Shown here in pieces: positions 17,844 through 26,341 of a stretch of DNA of 64,000 nt. Both the position numbers and the translations under genes were made by a program. Source of the DNA: an uncultured Candidatus Saccharibacteria bacterium (GTDB taxonomy: Bacteria > Patescibacteriota > Minisyncoccia > Phycocordibacterales > GCA-2401445); NCBI GenBank assembly GCA_964436015.1, contig CAYTAR010000003.1, positions 16,678 to 80,677 on the forward strand, in the 5' to 3' direction. Position 1 is the stretch's first letter. Every line of letters begins with the position of its first letter. A model generated the notes under the pieces. That model saw only the letters and a list, made by a program, of their open reading frames with translations. It ran no database searches and was not told the DNA's origin.

Positions 17844-18722
17844 TTAATTTTTATTTAAGTAGTAAGAAAACATCGATTTAACACCAGCAAGATTTTCCTG
17901 CCACTCAATGGTTTCGTGAGATTTCAATTCAACGGTGAGTGCGGGAATGTTGATTGACGCGAGCCATCCTTCGGCATCTCCTGTAACTGGGTACGCATCA
18001 AATGTTGCGACTGGTTTGTACCCCGATGCGTCAGCATATGCGTTCATAATAGCAAGCGTCTCAGGAAGTACTCCCTCGTGACATTCAGATGCGTACACTG
18101 CGTTTGCTTGTGAGTGCCAAAAAATAACTGCGCGCGGGTTGTGTGTGAGTACAAAGTCACGTATCGCAACCGCTTCTGGTTCTGAGAAGGGAGCATCTCC
18201 AGCACTTACCGTTTTACTTCTCCAGGTGCTTGTTGGTTCCCATTTACAATCAAAGTTTCGATTGAGATCAACGTTGTTTGCATTAAAACGACCTGTGCCT
18301 AGTGTGTTTGGAGTTGTGGGTGTATCACTAAGCTCGAAGCGACCTTCTTTTTTGATAACTGCAAAAAGTCCATCTGGGTTTGCAGAGGGGATTACCGAGA
18401 CTTTTAATGATGCAGGAATTGCGTCTGGATTTTCAGTAAAGTAGTCAATAAACTCGTGCGCGAGATACACGCTGTTCCATTCGTATCCTCCGTGTACTCC
18501 GCCAACAAAGAGGAGGTGAGTATCGCCACTTCCAAATGTGTACGCAACAATTTCGCGACCTTCAACAGAATTTCCAATGACTGTAGGAGTCCCTGATTCC
18601 ACCACTTCAGGAGTTTCTTCAATCACTGCTGTTGGTAGTGGCTCGTCACGGGTGACCGTACGAACAACAAAGAAAATGATAATACCGACAACCAACAGGA
18701 GTACTGCTTTTTTTCGTGACAT
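17844..18722 (-). CDS. M14-family zinc carboxypeptidase-like protein (secreted)
   Basis: 292 aa. N-terminal TM/signal sequence. GGVHGGYEW and DLNRNFDC match the M14 HxxE and DxNRN motifs. Confidence 0.65.
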   Translation of the reverse strand: MSRKKAVLLLVVGIIIFFVVRTVTRDEPLPTAVIEETPEVVESGTPTVIGNSVEGREIVAYTFGSGDTHLLFVGGVHGGYEWNSVYLAHEFIDYFTENPDAIPASLKVSVIPSANPDGLFAVIKKEGRFELSDTPTTPNTLGTGRFNANNVDLNRNFDCKWEPTSTWRSKTVSAGDAPFSEPEAVAIRDFVLTHNPRAVIFWHSQANAVYASECHEGVLPETLAIMNAYADASGYKPVATFDAYPVTGDAEGWLASINIPALTVELKSHETIEWQENLAGVKSMFSYYLNKN

Positions 18723-19657
18723 TACTGTGCAAAGTAGTTGAGTAATGCTTCAATACCTGCTTTATTTTTTGTCCATTCTGTATCTGTGTGGTTAGTTAGG
18801 AGAACGCTAATTGCAGGAACATTAATTCGTGCAAACCAATTTACCATGTCTCCTGTTATTGCGTAGAAATCAAATTCTTTGTACGCAGGGTACTTTGATG
18901 CTTGTGCGTAGATGTTGGTGATGCTCTGTGTGCTCTCTGATACTCCATTATTACAACTTGAGGCGTAGACTCCACCTGCTGCGCTGTACCACACTACTAC
19001 TGCTGTTGGTGGGTTGCTTGCAACATAGTCACGGATTGCAATACTCTCTGGCTCTGAGAATGGAGAAGTACCGCCGCTGACGGGAGTGTTTCTCCATGTG
19101 CCTGTTTTTTGCCACTCACAGTCAAAGTTACGATTGAGGTCAACCTCGTTTGCATTAAAGCGTGCAGAGGTGAGTAGGGCAGAGTCACGTGAAATTGATG
19201 GTGTGGTGAAGAGGGAGTCAACTGGAGATACTACTTTTGAAAGTCCATCTGGGTTAAGTACGGGTATAACGGTTACTTTTATACTTGCTGGTACCGCATT
19301 TGGATTCTTTTCTAAATAATCCATAAGTTCATACGCAACAAGTGCTGTGTTCCACGAGTACCCACCATGTATTCCACCAATAAACAGTAGTTCAGTATCA
19401 CCAGAGCCGTAGTGGTACGCGGTAATTTGTTTACCTTCAACTGAGCTACCAATGATTGTTTTAGTTTCGTCAATCGGAGGGAGATTTTCTGTTGTTGTCG
19501 CATTTGTTTGCTCGGTTGTTGTGGATGCGTTGTTTTCAGGAAGGGTAGAGACGCCTTCATTTTCCGGAGCGGTATAGCTTGTTTTGTCGCTACGGAAATA
19601 CATTATTGCTCCAAACACAAGAACCAAGACTATGAGAATGTAAATTATTTTTTTCAT
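18722..19657 (-). CDS. M14-family zinc carboxypeptidase-like protein (paralog)
   Basis: 311 aa. Same GGIHGGYSW / DLNRNFDCEW motifs. Tandem paralog of the downstream gene. Confidence 0.65.
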   Translation of the reverse strand: MKKIIYILIVLVLVFGAIMYFRSDKTSYTAPENEGVSTLPENNASTTTEQTNATTTENLPPIDETKTIIGSSVEGKQITAYHYGSGDTELLFIGGIHGGYSWNTALVAYELMDYLEKNPNAVPASIKVTVIPVLNPDGLSKVVSPVDSLFTTPSISRDSALLTSARFNANEVDLNRNFDCEWQKTGTWRNTPVSGGTSPFSEPESIAIRDYVASNPPTAVVVWYSAAGGVYASSCNNGVSESTQSITNIYAQASKYPAYKEFDFYAITGDMVNWFARINVPAISVLLTNHTDTEWTKNKAGIEALLNYFAQ

Positions 19658-20064
19658 ATACTTATTTTAACACAGATGAGGGTATTTTGGGTCGGAAATG
19701 AGTATTTATGGTCTTTTTGCTTTAATATTAGCGGAATTTACTTACTTTGTTTGATTAAATGTAAGGGCTTGACAAATTAGCATATTGTGTGCTATAATGA
19801 GTTCTGAACTGTAAATTGTCATGAAGAAGATAAAACTAACCATAACCATTGGGGTTGTCGCGTGTATCGTGACAACCTTCCTCATTATGGGCTCTGTTCA
19901 GAAAACGGCGCCCCAACCTCAACAACAGGAACCGAACGAAGAAGTGGTGAGTGTGGTGGAGGCCGAACAGACTCGGCCTCAGACCATTGAACTCACGATC
20001 AACCCAGTGTTGGAGTAAATCAAAATCAACAACTCAAACTCAGTCAAGGCAGAAAGACAAACTT

Positions 20065-21048
20065 ATGAAAAAAATTCTTGTTTTGTTCACTCTTCTAATC
20101 GTCGTTTTCACGCCAGTGCTGGCGAACGCACAGGTTCAGAATCTGGGCATGATCAGCTCGAAGGATGCTCTGCGCACATATGCGCTGGAACAGGCGGTGA
20201 ATGTGGATGTTGGGGCAAGTACCCACATCACGGGTGGAAGTCATAAGCGTGTTCGCTTGTCGAGTCCTACCGCCCGTGGGATAGAGGAGACCATCCGGTC
20301 TACTCAATTGGCACTGCAGGTGGTGAATCCGGACGACTGGATTTGGTTGTACGCGAGCGTCGTTAACTTTGAAGGAGAACAACTGTTCTATGGATATACG
20401 CACTTTGTGCTTGAATCCAAGAACGGGATGTACATTCTCCCCAAAGGATACGGGGACATGAAAGTGCGGTTAAGCGACAACATACCAATCCGGTATGACG
20501 ACGCGGAGTGGGCACAGGTGAATGTTCTGGCGGAGAATGGGAGTACCCAGTACAGCATGACGCTCTCCGTTCAGGGGGGGAAGATTTATTTTCCTACGCA
20601 CCTCGCCGGCACGAGCGCCATCGTTCAAGTTTCAACGTCGTCCAGTGGAATGCACTACTGGGGTACTGAAGACGGAAGACGTCTTCATTCTGGAAAGTAT
20701 GACCTTTCCATCAATGCGATGGTTGACGGAGTCGTCACTGTTGAAGATGAAAACTTCAACCTTGAGATTGAAACTCACGGTGGAGTTGGACAAAATGTCA
20801 CGGTGGAATTTGTTTCCACGGAGAAATCAATTTTCCACGCTGCGTTCCATACGAGCGAGGGGAAATGGTTCAAGAGTGTCCTTGTCAGAAAAGCCGGCAC
20901 CAGTAACTGGGTACGGTATCCAGTCAGAGTGACTCCTGAGTGGACATTTGCCAACATTGGCATGCAGGCCGGGGTGTACTACCTCATCCCGGAATGGGAA
21001 GAGGAGGATTTGAGGGAGAACCCTTACTATCCTGGTGGAAAAGGCTAA
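20065..21048 (+). CDS. secreted hypothetical protein
   Basis: About 327 aa from MKKILVLFTLLIVVFTPVLANA (signal peptide). Confidence 0.5.
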   Translation: MKKILVLFTLLIVVFTPVLANAQVQNLGMISSKDALRTYALEQAVNVDVGASTHITGGSHKRVRLSSPTARGIEETIRSTQLALQVVNPDDWIWLYASVVNFEGEQLFYGYTHFVLESKNGMYILPKGYGDMKVRLSDNIPIRYDDAEWAQVNVLAENGSTQYSMTLSVQGGKIYFPTHLAGTSAIVQVSTSSSGMHYWGTEDGRRLHSGKYDLSINAMVDGVVTVEDENFNLEIETHGGVGQNVTVEFVSTEKSIFHAAFHTSEGKWFKSVLVRKAGTSNWVRYPVRVTPEWTFANIGMQAGVYYLIPEWEEEDLRENPYYPGGKG

Positions 21049-21069
21049 AGTAGCCGAAAATAATTCACA

Positions 21070-21102
21070 AAGCGCGAGAACATAAATTCTCGCGCTTTTT
21101 TT
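21070..21102 (+). terminator. Rho-independent terminator
   Basis: AAGCGCGAGAA-cataaa-TTCTCGCGCTTTTTTTT. Confidence 0.8.
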
Positions 21103-21144
21103 GTGGGTAAAATTTGTACATATGATATATTTGAGTGCATATAT

Positions 21145-22629
21145 ATGAAGAAAAAAGTAATTGTAATTGGTGCAGGTCCAGGCGGATTGTCATCAGCGAT
21201 GTTGCTCGCAAGTAGAGGGTTTGATGTTACCGTGTACGAGAAACAGAATTATGTTGGCGGAAGAACATCTGCTTTGAAGGCAGGAGAATTTACATTTGAA
21301 CTTGGTCCAACGTTTGTAATGTTGCCCCAGGCATTTGAAGAAGTGTTTAGTCTCACTGGACGAAAACTTTCTGATTATCTCGATATGAAATTGATTGATC
21401 CGCTGTACCGGCTTCGTTTTGGAGACGGAAGAGATTTTCGTGTGCATTTTGATAAAGATAAACTGTCGCAGGAAATTGCACGGATATTCCCTGGGGATGA
21501 GGTTGGGTATGCAAAGTATCTACGTGATCAAAAAGTGAAGTTTGAGAAAATGTACCCGTGTCTAAAAATTTCATACAACAAGTGGTACAGCTACTTAAAT
21601 CCGAAACTTCTGAAGGCATTTCCATACATGGATAATTTTAGAACACTTCATGATGTGATGCGTAAGTATTTTACGCATGAAGACATGATGATTTCAATGA
21701 CGTTCCAGGCAAAGTACCTTGGTATGTCGCCGTGGCAGTGTCCTGGTGCGTTTTCCATTTTGTCGTACATTGAGCATCAGTTTGGAATTTTCCATCCCAT
21801 TGGAGGAGTGCATAAAATACCCGAGGCGATGGCAAAGGTTGTGATAGAGGAGGGAGGGAAAATTAATTTGGGTTCACCAGTAAAGAGGATTTGTGTTGAG
21901 GGTGGCCGAGTATCAGGAGTGGAACGTAACGACGGAGTCATTGATGAGGCGGATATTGTCATTATGAATGCTGACTTTGCGTTGGGAATGAAGCAGATGG
22001 TACCGGAGGAATACCGAAAGAGTTGGAATGATGCGAAGATTGATAAGAGTCCGCTTTCGTGTTCAACATTTATGATCTACCTTGGATTAAAGAAGATGTA
22101 TAACTTTGAGCACCACAATATTTTCTTTGCATCTGATTACAAGAAGAATATTGAGGAGATTTTTGAGGATATGAAACTTCCTGAAGATCCTTCATTTTAT
22201 ATTCAAAATGCGTCCGTTACTGATCCGACACTCGCTCCTCAGGGCAAGTCTGCAGTATACGTACTCGTGCCCGTGCCTAACCTGCGAGCGGGAGTTGATT
22301 GGAATGTAGAGAAGAAACGGTACCGAGATTTAGTTATGAAAAAGATAGCAGAGCGTACTGAGATGAGTGATATTGAGAGTCAGATTGAAGAGGAGCGTGT
22401 GATCACTCCCTTAGATTGGGAGCAGAGTATGGGTATATACAAAGGTGCAGTGTTTAACCTCGCGCACACCTTGGGACAAATGCTCTACTTGCGGCCCCAT
22501 AATCGTTTCGAGGAACTCCCAGGACTCTTTATTGTGGGTGGAGGAACACACCCGGGGAGTGGATTGCCAACTATTCTTGAGTCAGGGCGAATTGCTGCTG
22601 ATTTAATTTCTGAAGAATATTCTCCGTGA
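21145..22629 (+). CDS. FAD-dependent oxidoreductase, phytoene desaturase (CrtI)-like family
   Basis: About 494 aa. N-terminal KKVIVIGAGPGGLSSA...YEK Rossmann dinucleotide-binding motif. C-terminal GGGTHPGSG, typical of the CrtI/amine-oxidase family. Confidence 0.75.
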   Translation: MKKKVIVIGAGPGGLSSAMLLASRGFDVTVYEKQNYVGGRTSALKAGEFTFELGPTFVMLPQAFEEVFSLTGRKLSDYLDMKLIDPLYRLRFGDGRDFRVHFDKDKLSQEIARIFPGDEVGYAKYLRDQKVKFEKMYPCLKISYNKWYSYLNPKLLKAFPYMDNFRTLHDVMRKYFTHEDMMISMTFQAKYLGMSPWQCPGAFSILSYIEHQFGIFHPIGGVHKIPEAMAKVVIEEGGKINLGSPVKRICVEGGRVSGVERNDGVIDEADIVIMNADFALGMKQMVPEEYRKSWNDAKIDKSPLSCSTFMIYLGLKKMYNFEHHNIFFASDYKKNIEEIFEDMKLPEDPSFYIQNASVTDPTLAPQGKSAVYVLVPVPNLRAGVDWNVEKKRYRDLVMKKIAERTEMSDIESQIEEERVITPLDWEQSMGIYKGAVFNLAHTLGQMLYLRPHNRFEELPGLFIVGGGTHPGSGLPTILESGRIAADLISEEYSP

Positions 22630-23834
22630 GTATCTTTGATTCTTTGTGGTTCATATGGGAGCTTTACTGGAAGAAAGGCCTTCCTGATATTAAACGTATC
22701 CAGTCACTCGGATTATTGGCAGTAAAAATTGGACAAATGCACGCGCTCAGGCTTGATTTTTTGAGTAGGGAAAAGTGTGAAGAACTTTCCAAATTGTACC
22801 GAAGTAATGTACCGGTGGCGCAGGAAGATATTGAAGTGCTCATTGAAAATGCGGGCGGAAAGGATTTTAAAAAGAATTTTTCACAGATTGATAAAACTCC
22901 GCTTGCAGTTGCGTCAGTGGGACAGGTGTATCGTGCACAGCTCAACAGCGGAGCTCCTGTGGTAATTAAAGTATTGAAGACGTCTTTCAAGAAGCGTTTT
23001 GTTGCGGATGTTGCTCGGGTCCGACGTTTTTTTTCGCTGGTTCTATTTTTCAGACCAAAACTCAACAGTGTAGGTAACCCCATGGGTATCTTGAATGATA
23101 TTGAAGAGTATACACTCGCGGAATTGGATTTGCGCAACGAAGCACGCGGACGTGAAGAATTGTTTGCGGTGTACGAAAAATACAAAAATGACTTTGACCT
23201 TTCCATGCTCACATTTGTACGGGAGTACCCTGAGCTCTCAGGAGAAAATTTGTTGGTTTCTGAGTATGTGTCTGCGCCGACAGTAGATGAGCTTTTGCAG
23301 GAAGGGAAATTTACCTATGATGACATGCTCAAACTTTTTTACATTCAAGGGTTTTATATCTTTATTGCAGGCAAGTTCCATGGTGATATGCATCCTGCGA
23401 ATGTGCTCTATGATGGTAAGAAGTTTTACTTTGTTGACACTGCGTTTGTTGGGGTTGTGGGAGACCGGATACGGAAGGGTCTGTTTCATTTTTTTGAAGC
23501 ACTTTCACAGTATGACTACCCTGCGTGTGCCCGCTATTTGAACGAAATGGCAGAGGAGGGTATTTCTGGAGAGAGGTTTAAGAAATTTGAACAGGAGTTT
23601 GTGGCATTGTATGCAAACTATACACACAGCACGGTCTCCGAGGTGTCGCTGACATCACAGATGATGCGGACGATAAAACTGGGTGTACTTTCAGGTATGA
23701 AGTTTGAAAAGGGTATTTTCGCGATTATCCGTAGCCTCATGTACCTTGATGGTATGGTGCTCGCGTGTAACCCGAATGCAATTTTAATGGAGGATATGCG
23801 TCAGTTCATTGATGCATACAAACGTGCGGTGTAA
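22626..23834 (+). CDS. ABC1/UbiB (AarF)-family atypical protein kinase
   Basis: 402 aa. VIKVLK and FHGDMHPANVLY motifs. Its start overlaps the preceding stop codon. Confidence 0.7.
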   Translation: MSIFDSLWFIWELYWKKGLPDIKRIQSLGLLAVKIGQMHALRLDFLSREKCEELSKLYRSNVPVAQEDIEVLIENAGGKDFKKNFSQIDKTPLAVASVGQVYRAQLNSGAPVVIKVLKTSFKKRFVADVARVRRFFSLVLFFRPKLNSVGNPMGILNDIEEYTLAELDLRNEARGREELFAVYEKYKNDFDLSMLTFVREYPELSGENLLVSEYVSAPTVDELLQEGKFTYDDMLKLFYIQGFYIFIAGKFHGDMHPANVLYDGKKFYFVDTAFVGVVGDRIRKGLFHFFEALSQYDYPACARYLNEMAEEGISGERFKKFEQEFVALYANYTHSTVSEVSLTSQMMRTIKLGVLSGMKFEKGIFAIIRSLMYLDGMVLACNPNAILMEDMRQFIDAYKRAV

Positions 23835-23844
23835 ATTAAAAGGT

Positions 23845-24240
23845 ATGTACAAGAGCGGGGTAGTGTTTGGGGTATTTGATCTTTTCCATTCTGGACACCA
23901 GTACTTTCTTACTCAATCACGTTCCAAATGTGAAAAATTGATCGTGGTTGTAACACCTGATTCTATTGTGCGTGAGTTTAAGGGAAAAGATCCAATAGAC
24001 TCTTTTGAAAAAAGAATGCGAGCAGTTCAAGAGTTTGGAAATGATTATGTCGTGGTGGCGGGTGACAGTCATGCGGGTTCGTGGAATATCTTTTCACTGT
24101 ATCCACCAGATGTGGTTTTTTTAGGTTATGATCAACAAGGGATAGCTAGTGAACTTGAGAAACTACATGTTCCATATGTATACATTGATGCATACAAGAA
24201 AGAGCAGTATAAGACGTCAAAACTTCGCGGGCTAACATAG
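23845..24240 (+). CDS. cytidylyltransferase-like (HxGH nucleotidyltransferase) protein
   Basis: 131 aa. GVFDLFHSGH motif. Size and layout resemble TagD/FAD-synthase-type adenylyl- or cytidylyltransferases. Confidence 0.6.
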   Translation: MYKSGVVFGVFDLFHSGHQYFLTQSRSKCEKLIVVVTPDSIVREFKGKDPIDSFEKRMRAVQEFGNDYVVVAGDSHAGSWNIFSLYPPDVVFLGYDQQGIASELEKLHVPYVYIDAYKKEQYKTSKLRGLT

Positions 24241-24301
24241 TCTGTAATAGTTTTTGAGTAGAGAGTATTGACACAGGGTGGTTTTTTGTTATGCTGACTT
24301 T

Positions 24302-24521
24302 AGGTAGTAACGTGGTCGAAAGTCTATTACGTCAGATCATGTTCGGCGGCATACTGTCTGCCGTTATACACGACACATGAGCAAATCCACGACGGGGGTT
24401 CTAGTATCCCTTACCTCCTAGATTTGTTAGGCGATAGATGGCCTGTGTTTGAGGCAACAGAACTGGCCCTACACGTTCAACTACACCACTTGTCGCACAG
24501 GGCGACAAGTGGTATTTTTTT
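24302..24521 (+). ncRNA. candidate structured ncRNA 1 (unclassified)
   Basis: Own promoter (TTGACA 24268-24273, extended -10 TGtTATGCT to 24295) and own terminator (CCACTTGTCGC...GCGACAAGTGG plus T8 at 24486-24521). Intergenic, with no convincing ORF. Confidence 0.4.
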
Positions 24522-24652
24522 GCCTAACTTTTTGCTCTGTCAAAAACACATTGTGTTTACAGTATAGTTATATTTTGAGCCATTGATTCCCCCAAGGTTT
24601 AACCTTGGGGGAATTAGCTTGACAGTAGTGTGGACTGTGGTATACTACTCAT

Positions 24653-24910
24653 CAGTGAAGTGTTGTTCTTAAAACCCCTATCAGCCTTGCGTTGCGTCAC
24701 GCATTATCCTATGACGCATCGGCATTGCGCCGATATTGTGCGGCCAAACTCCGTGAGCACATCTGGGTTGGTGAGAGCTCACATTCTGCCAAATACCGGC
24801 CGCCGGAAAGGCAACGACGGGGCATTGGTCATAGAGGCTGACCAGTTCTGGACAATACTGTTGTTCACTAACTCCGCTTACGTACATTTGTGCGTAAGCG
24901 GTTTTTATTT
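24653..24910 (+). ncRNA. candidate structured ncRNA 2 or long regulatory leader (unclassified)
   Basis: Promoter TTGACA-16 nt-TATACT (24619-24646). GC-richer body. Terminator CCGCTTACG...CGTAAGCGG plus T run (24874-24910) lies about 20 nt before the next ATG. The only ORF crossing it reads through the terminator hairpin. Confidence 0.4.
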
Positions 24911-24929
24911 TGCATGATACAATAATGAT

Positions 24930-25262
24930 ATGAAAAAAATCTATCTGACTCTTTCTATTCTAGGTATTGTGTTGCCGTACACACAGTTTGTTCAGTGGAC
25001 AAATATGTATGGTTTTAATATTTCAGGGATGGTGCGTGACATGTTTGCAAATGGTATAGCGTCAGGTATCGCGCTCGATGCACTTATGACTGCGGTGGTC
25101 ATATTGGTCTTTGTACTTCATGAGCAAAAACGTCTTGCTGTCTCCTACGTATGGGTTCCACTTGTCGGTTTATTTCTCTCGGGTATCGCGTTTGCACTTC
25201 CGTGTTATTTGTACTTGCGTGAGAGCGCACTCGAGAAGAAATCTCAAGTAACCAGTATATAA
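24930..25262 (+). CDS. small integral membrane protein
   Basis: 110 aa with 3-4 predicted TM helices. Confidence 0.5.
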   Translation: MKKIYLTLSILGIVLPYTQFVQWTNMYGFNISGMVRDMFANGIASGIALDALMTAVVILVFVLHEQKRLAVSYVWVPLVGLFLSGIAFALPCYLYLRESALEKKSQVTSI

Positions 25263-25330
25263 AAGGTTGCAAAATATAGAGAATTTACCATTATGGTATA
25301 CTTAACATACCTGCGCAAACTTGTGTCAGC

Positions 25331-26257
25331 TTGTGTCAGGCTAATATAAAAAATATGAATTATAAAATTGTTATCTCGGGTTTTTTTATTGCCACGTGTA
25401 TGATGGCTCTGTCGCCACTGCGCACCTCTGCGCAGACGACAGATGTGTCGGCGTTAGTGCAACAAATTCAAGCATTGCTTGAGACTATCAATGGGCTACA
25501 ACAACAAATAGCGACATTACAGGGACAGCAGAATGTGCTACGAGGAGAAATTAAAGAATCTCTTGCGCTCACTCGTGAGTTGCGTCGTGGAATGAGTGAT
25601 GAAGAGGTTAAAGTGCTCCAAGAAATACTTGCAACAGATCCAAGTATTTACCCTGAGGGAATTGTAAGTGGTATGTACGGTCCACTTACTGAGAAAGCAG
25701 TGAAAAATTTTCAGAAGAAGCATGGGATAGAGCAGGTAGGAAATGTGGGTCCAAAGACTCGCGCAAAACTGAACGAACTTCTTTCAGAGGGTGCGGGTAA
25801 TTCAGGAAAAGTTCCTCCAGGGCTTTTGATTGCACCAGGTCTCAAGAATAAGATAGGAGAGAATGCAGGACCACTTCCAGGTCAAAAACTCCCTCCTGGT
25901 ATTGCAAAGAAAATGCCTGGGTATGAGAATCCAACCACAACCCCTGCAACGACTACTCCAGATACGACAGTTCCAGTGATCTCACTCTTTACCGCAACCA
26001 GTACTGCAAGCACAAGTATCACGACTACATGGGTAACTAATGAAATTGCGAATGGTTTTGTGTGGGTAAGCACTAGTACGCCAGTAGTAACTACCGGTGT
26101 CTCAAGTGCTTCAAGCACGGCATTTACTCTTGGACACTCATTTACGATTTCTGGCCTCATGGCAAGCACGACGTATTACTATGTTGGAGTATCAAAAGAT
26201 ATGGCAGGGAATACTGCAACAACAACTGAGCAGTCAATTATCACGCGTTCAGAGTAG
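25331..26257 (+). CDS. secreted protein with peptidoglycan-binding (PG_binding_1-like) domain
   Basis: 308 aa. Signal/TM segment, coiled coil, then a GMYGPLTEKAVKNFQKKHGIEQVGNVGPKT PG-binding repeat. The C terminus is Thr/Ser-rich and Ig/FN3-like. Confidence 0.55.
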   Translation: MCQANIKNMNYKIVISGFFIATCMMALSPLRTSAQTTDVSALVQQIQALLETINGLQQQIATLQGQQNVLRGEIKESLALTRELRRGMSDEEVKVLQEILATDPSIYPEGIVSGMYGPLTEKAVKNFQKKHGIEQVGNVGPKTRAKLNELLSEGAGNSGKVPPGLLIAPGLKNKIGENAGPLPGQKLPPGIAKKMPGYENPTTTPATTTPDTTVPVISLFTATSTASTSITTTWVTNEIANGFVWVSTSTPVVTTGVSSASSTAFTLGHSFTISGLMASTTYYYVGVSKDMAGNTATTTEQSIITRSE

Positions 26258-26287
26258 GCTCTGTAAGGGATAGCGTTATCCACAATT

Positions 26288-26318
26288 AAAACCTCCTGGG
26301 ATAACCAAGAGGTTTTTT
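26288..26318 (+). terminator. Rho-independent terminator
   Basis: AAAACCTC...GAGGTTTTTTG. Confidence 0.6.
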
Positions 26319-26341
26319 GTTGTGGTACTGTAGATATACGT

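Noticed and set aside
22664-23212. 182-aa minus-strand ORF inside the ABC1 kinase gene
   Set aside because: It is an antisense shadow ORF with no start context.
24302-24521. tmRNA identity for candidate ncRNA 1 (GACGGGGGTTC...CCTCC resembles a tRNA-like T-arm and acceptor)
   Set aside because: The putative T-stem does not pair (GGGGG versus ATCCC). The 5' end does not pair with the 3' end. No tag-peptide reading frame ending in a hydrophobic tail plus stop could be found.
24630-24917. 95-aa plus-strand ORF (and the 68-aa minus ORF at 24681..24887) across candidate ncRNA 2
   Set aside because: It starts upstream of the predicted transcription start, has no ribosome-binding site and reads through the terminator hairpin. 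The GC-rich structured region is more likely non-coding.
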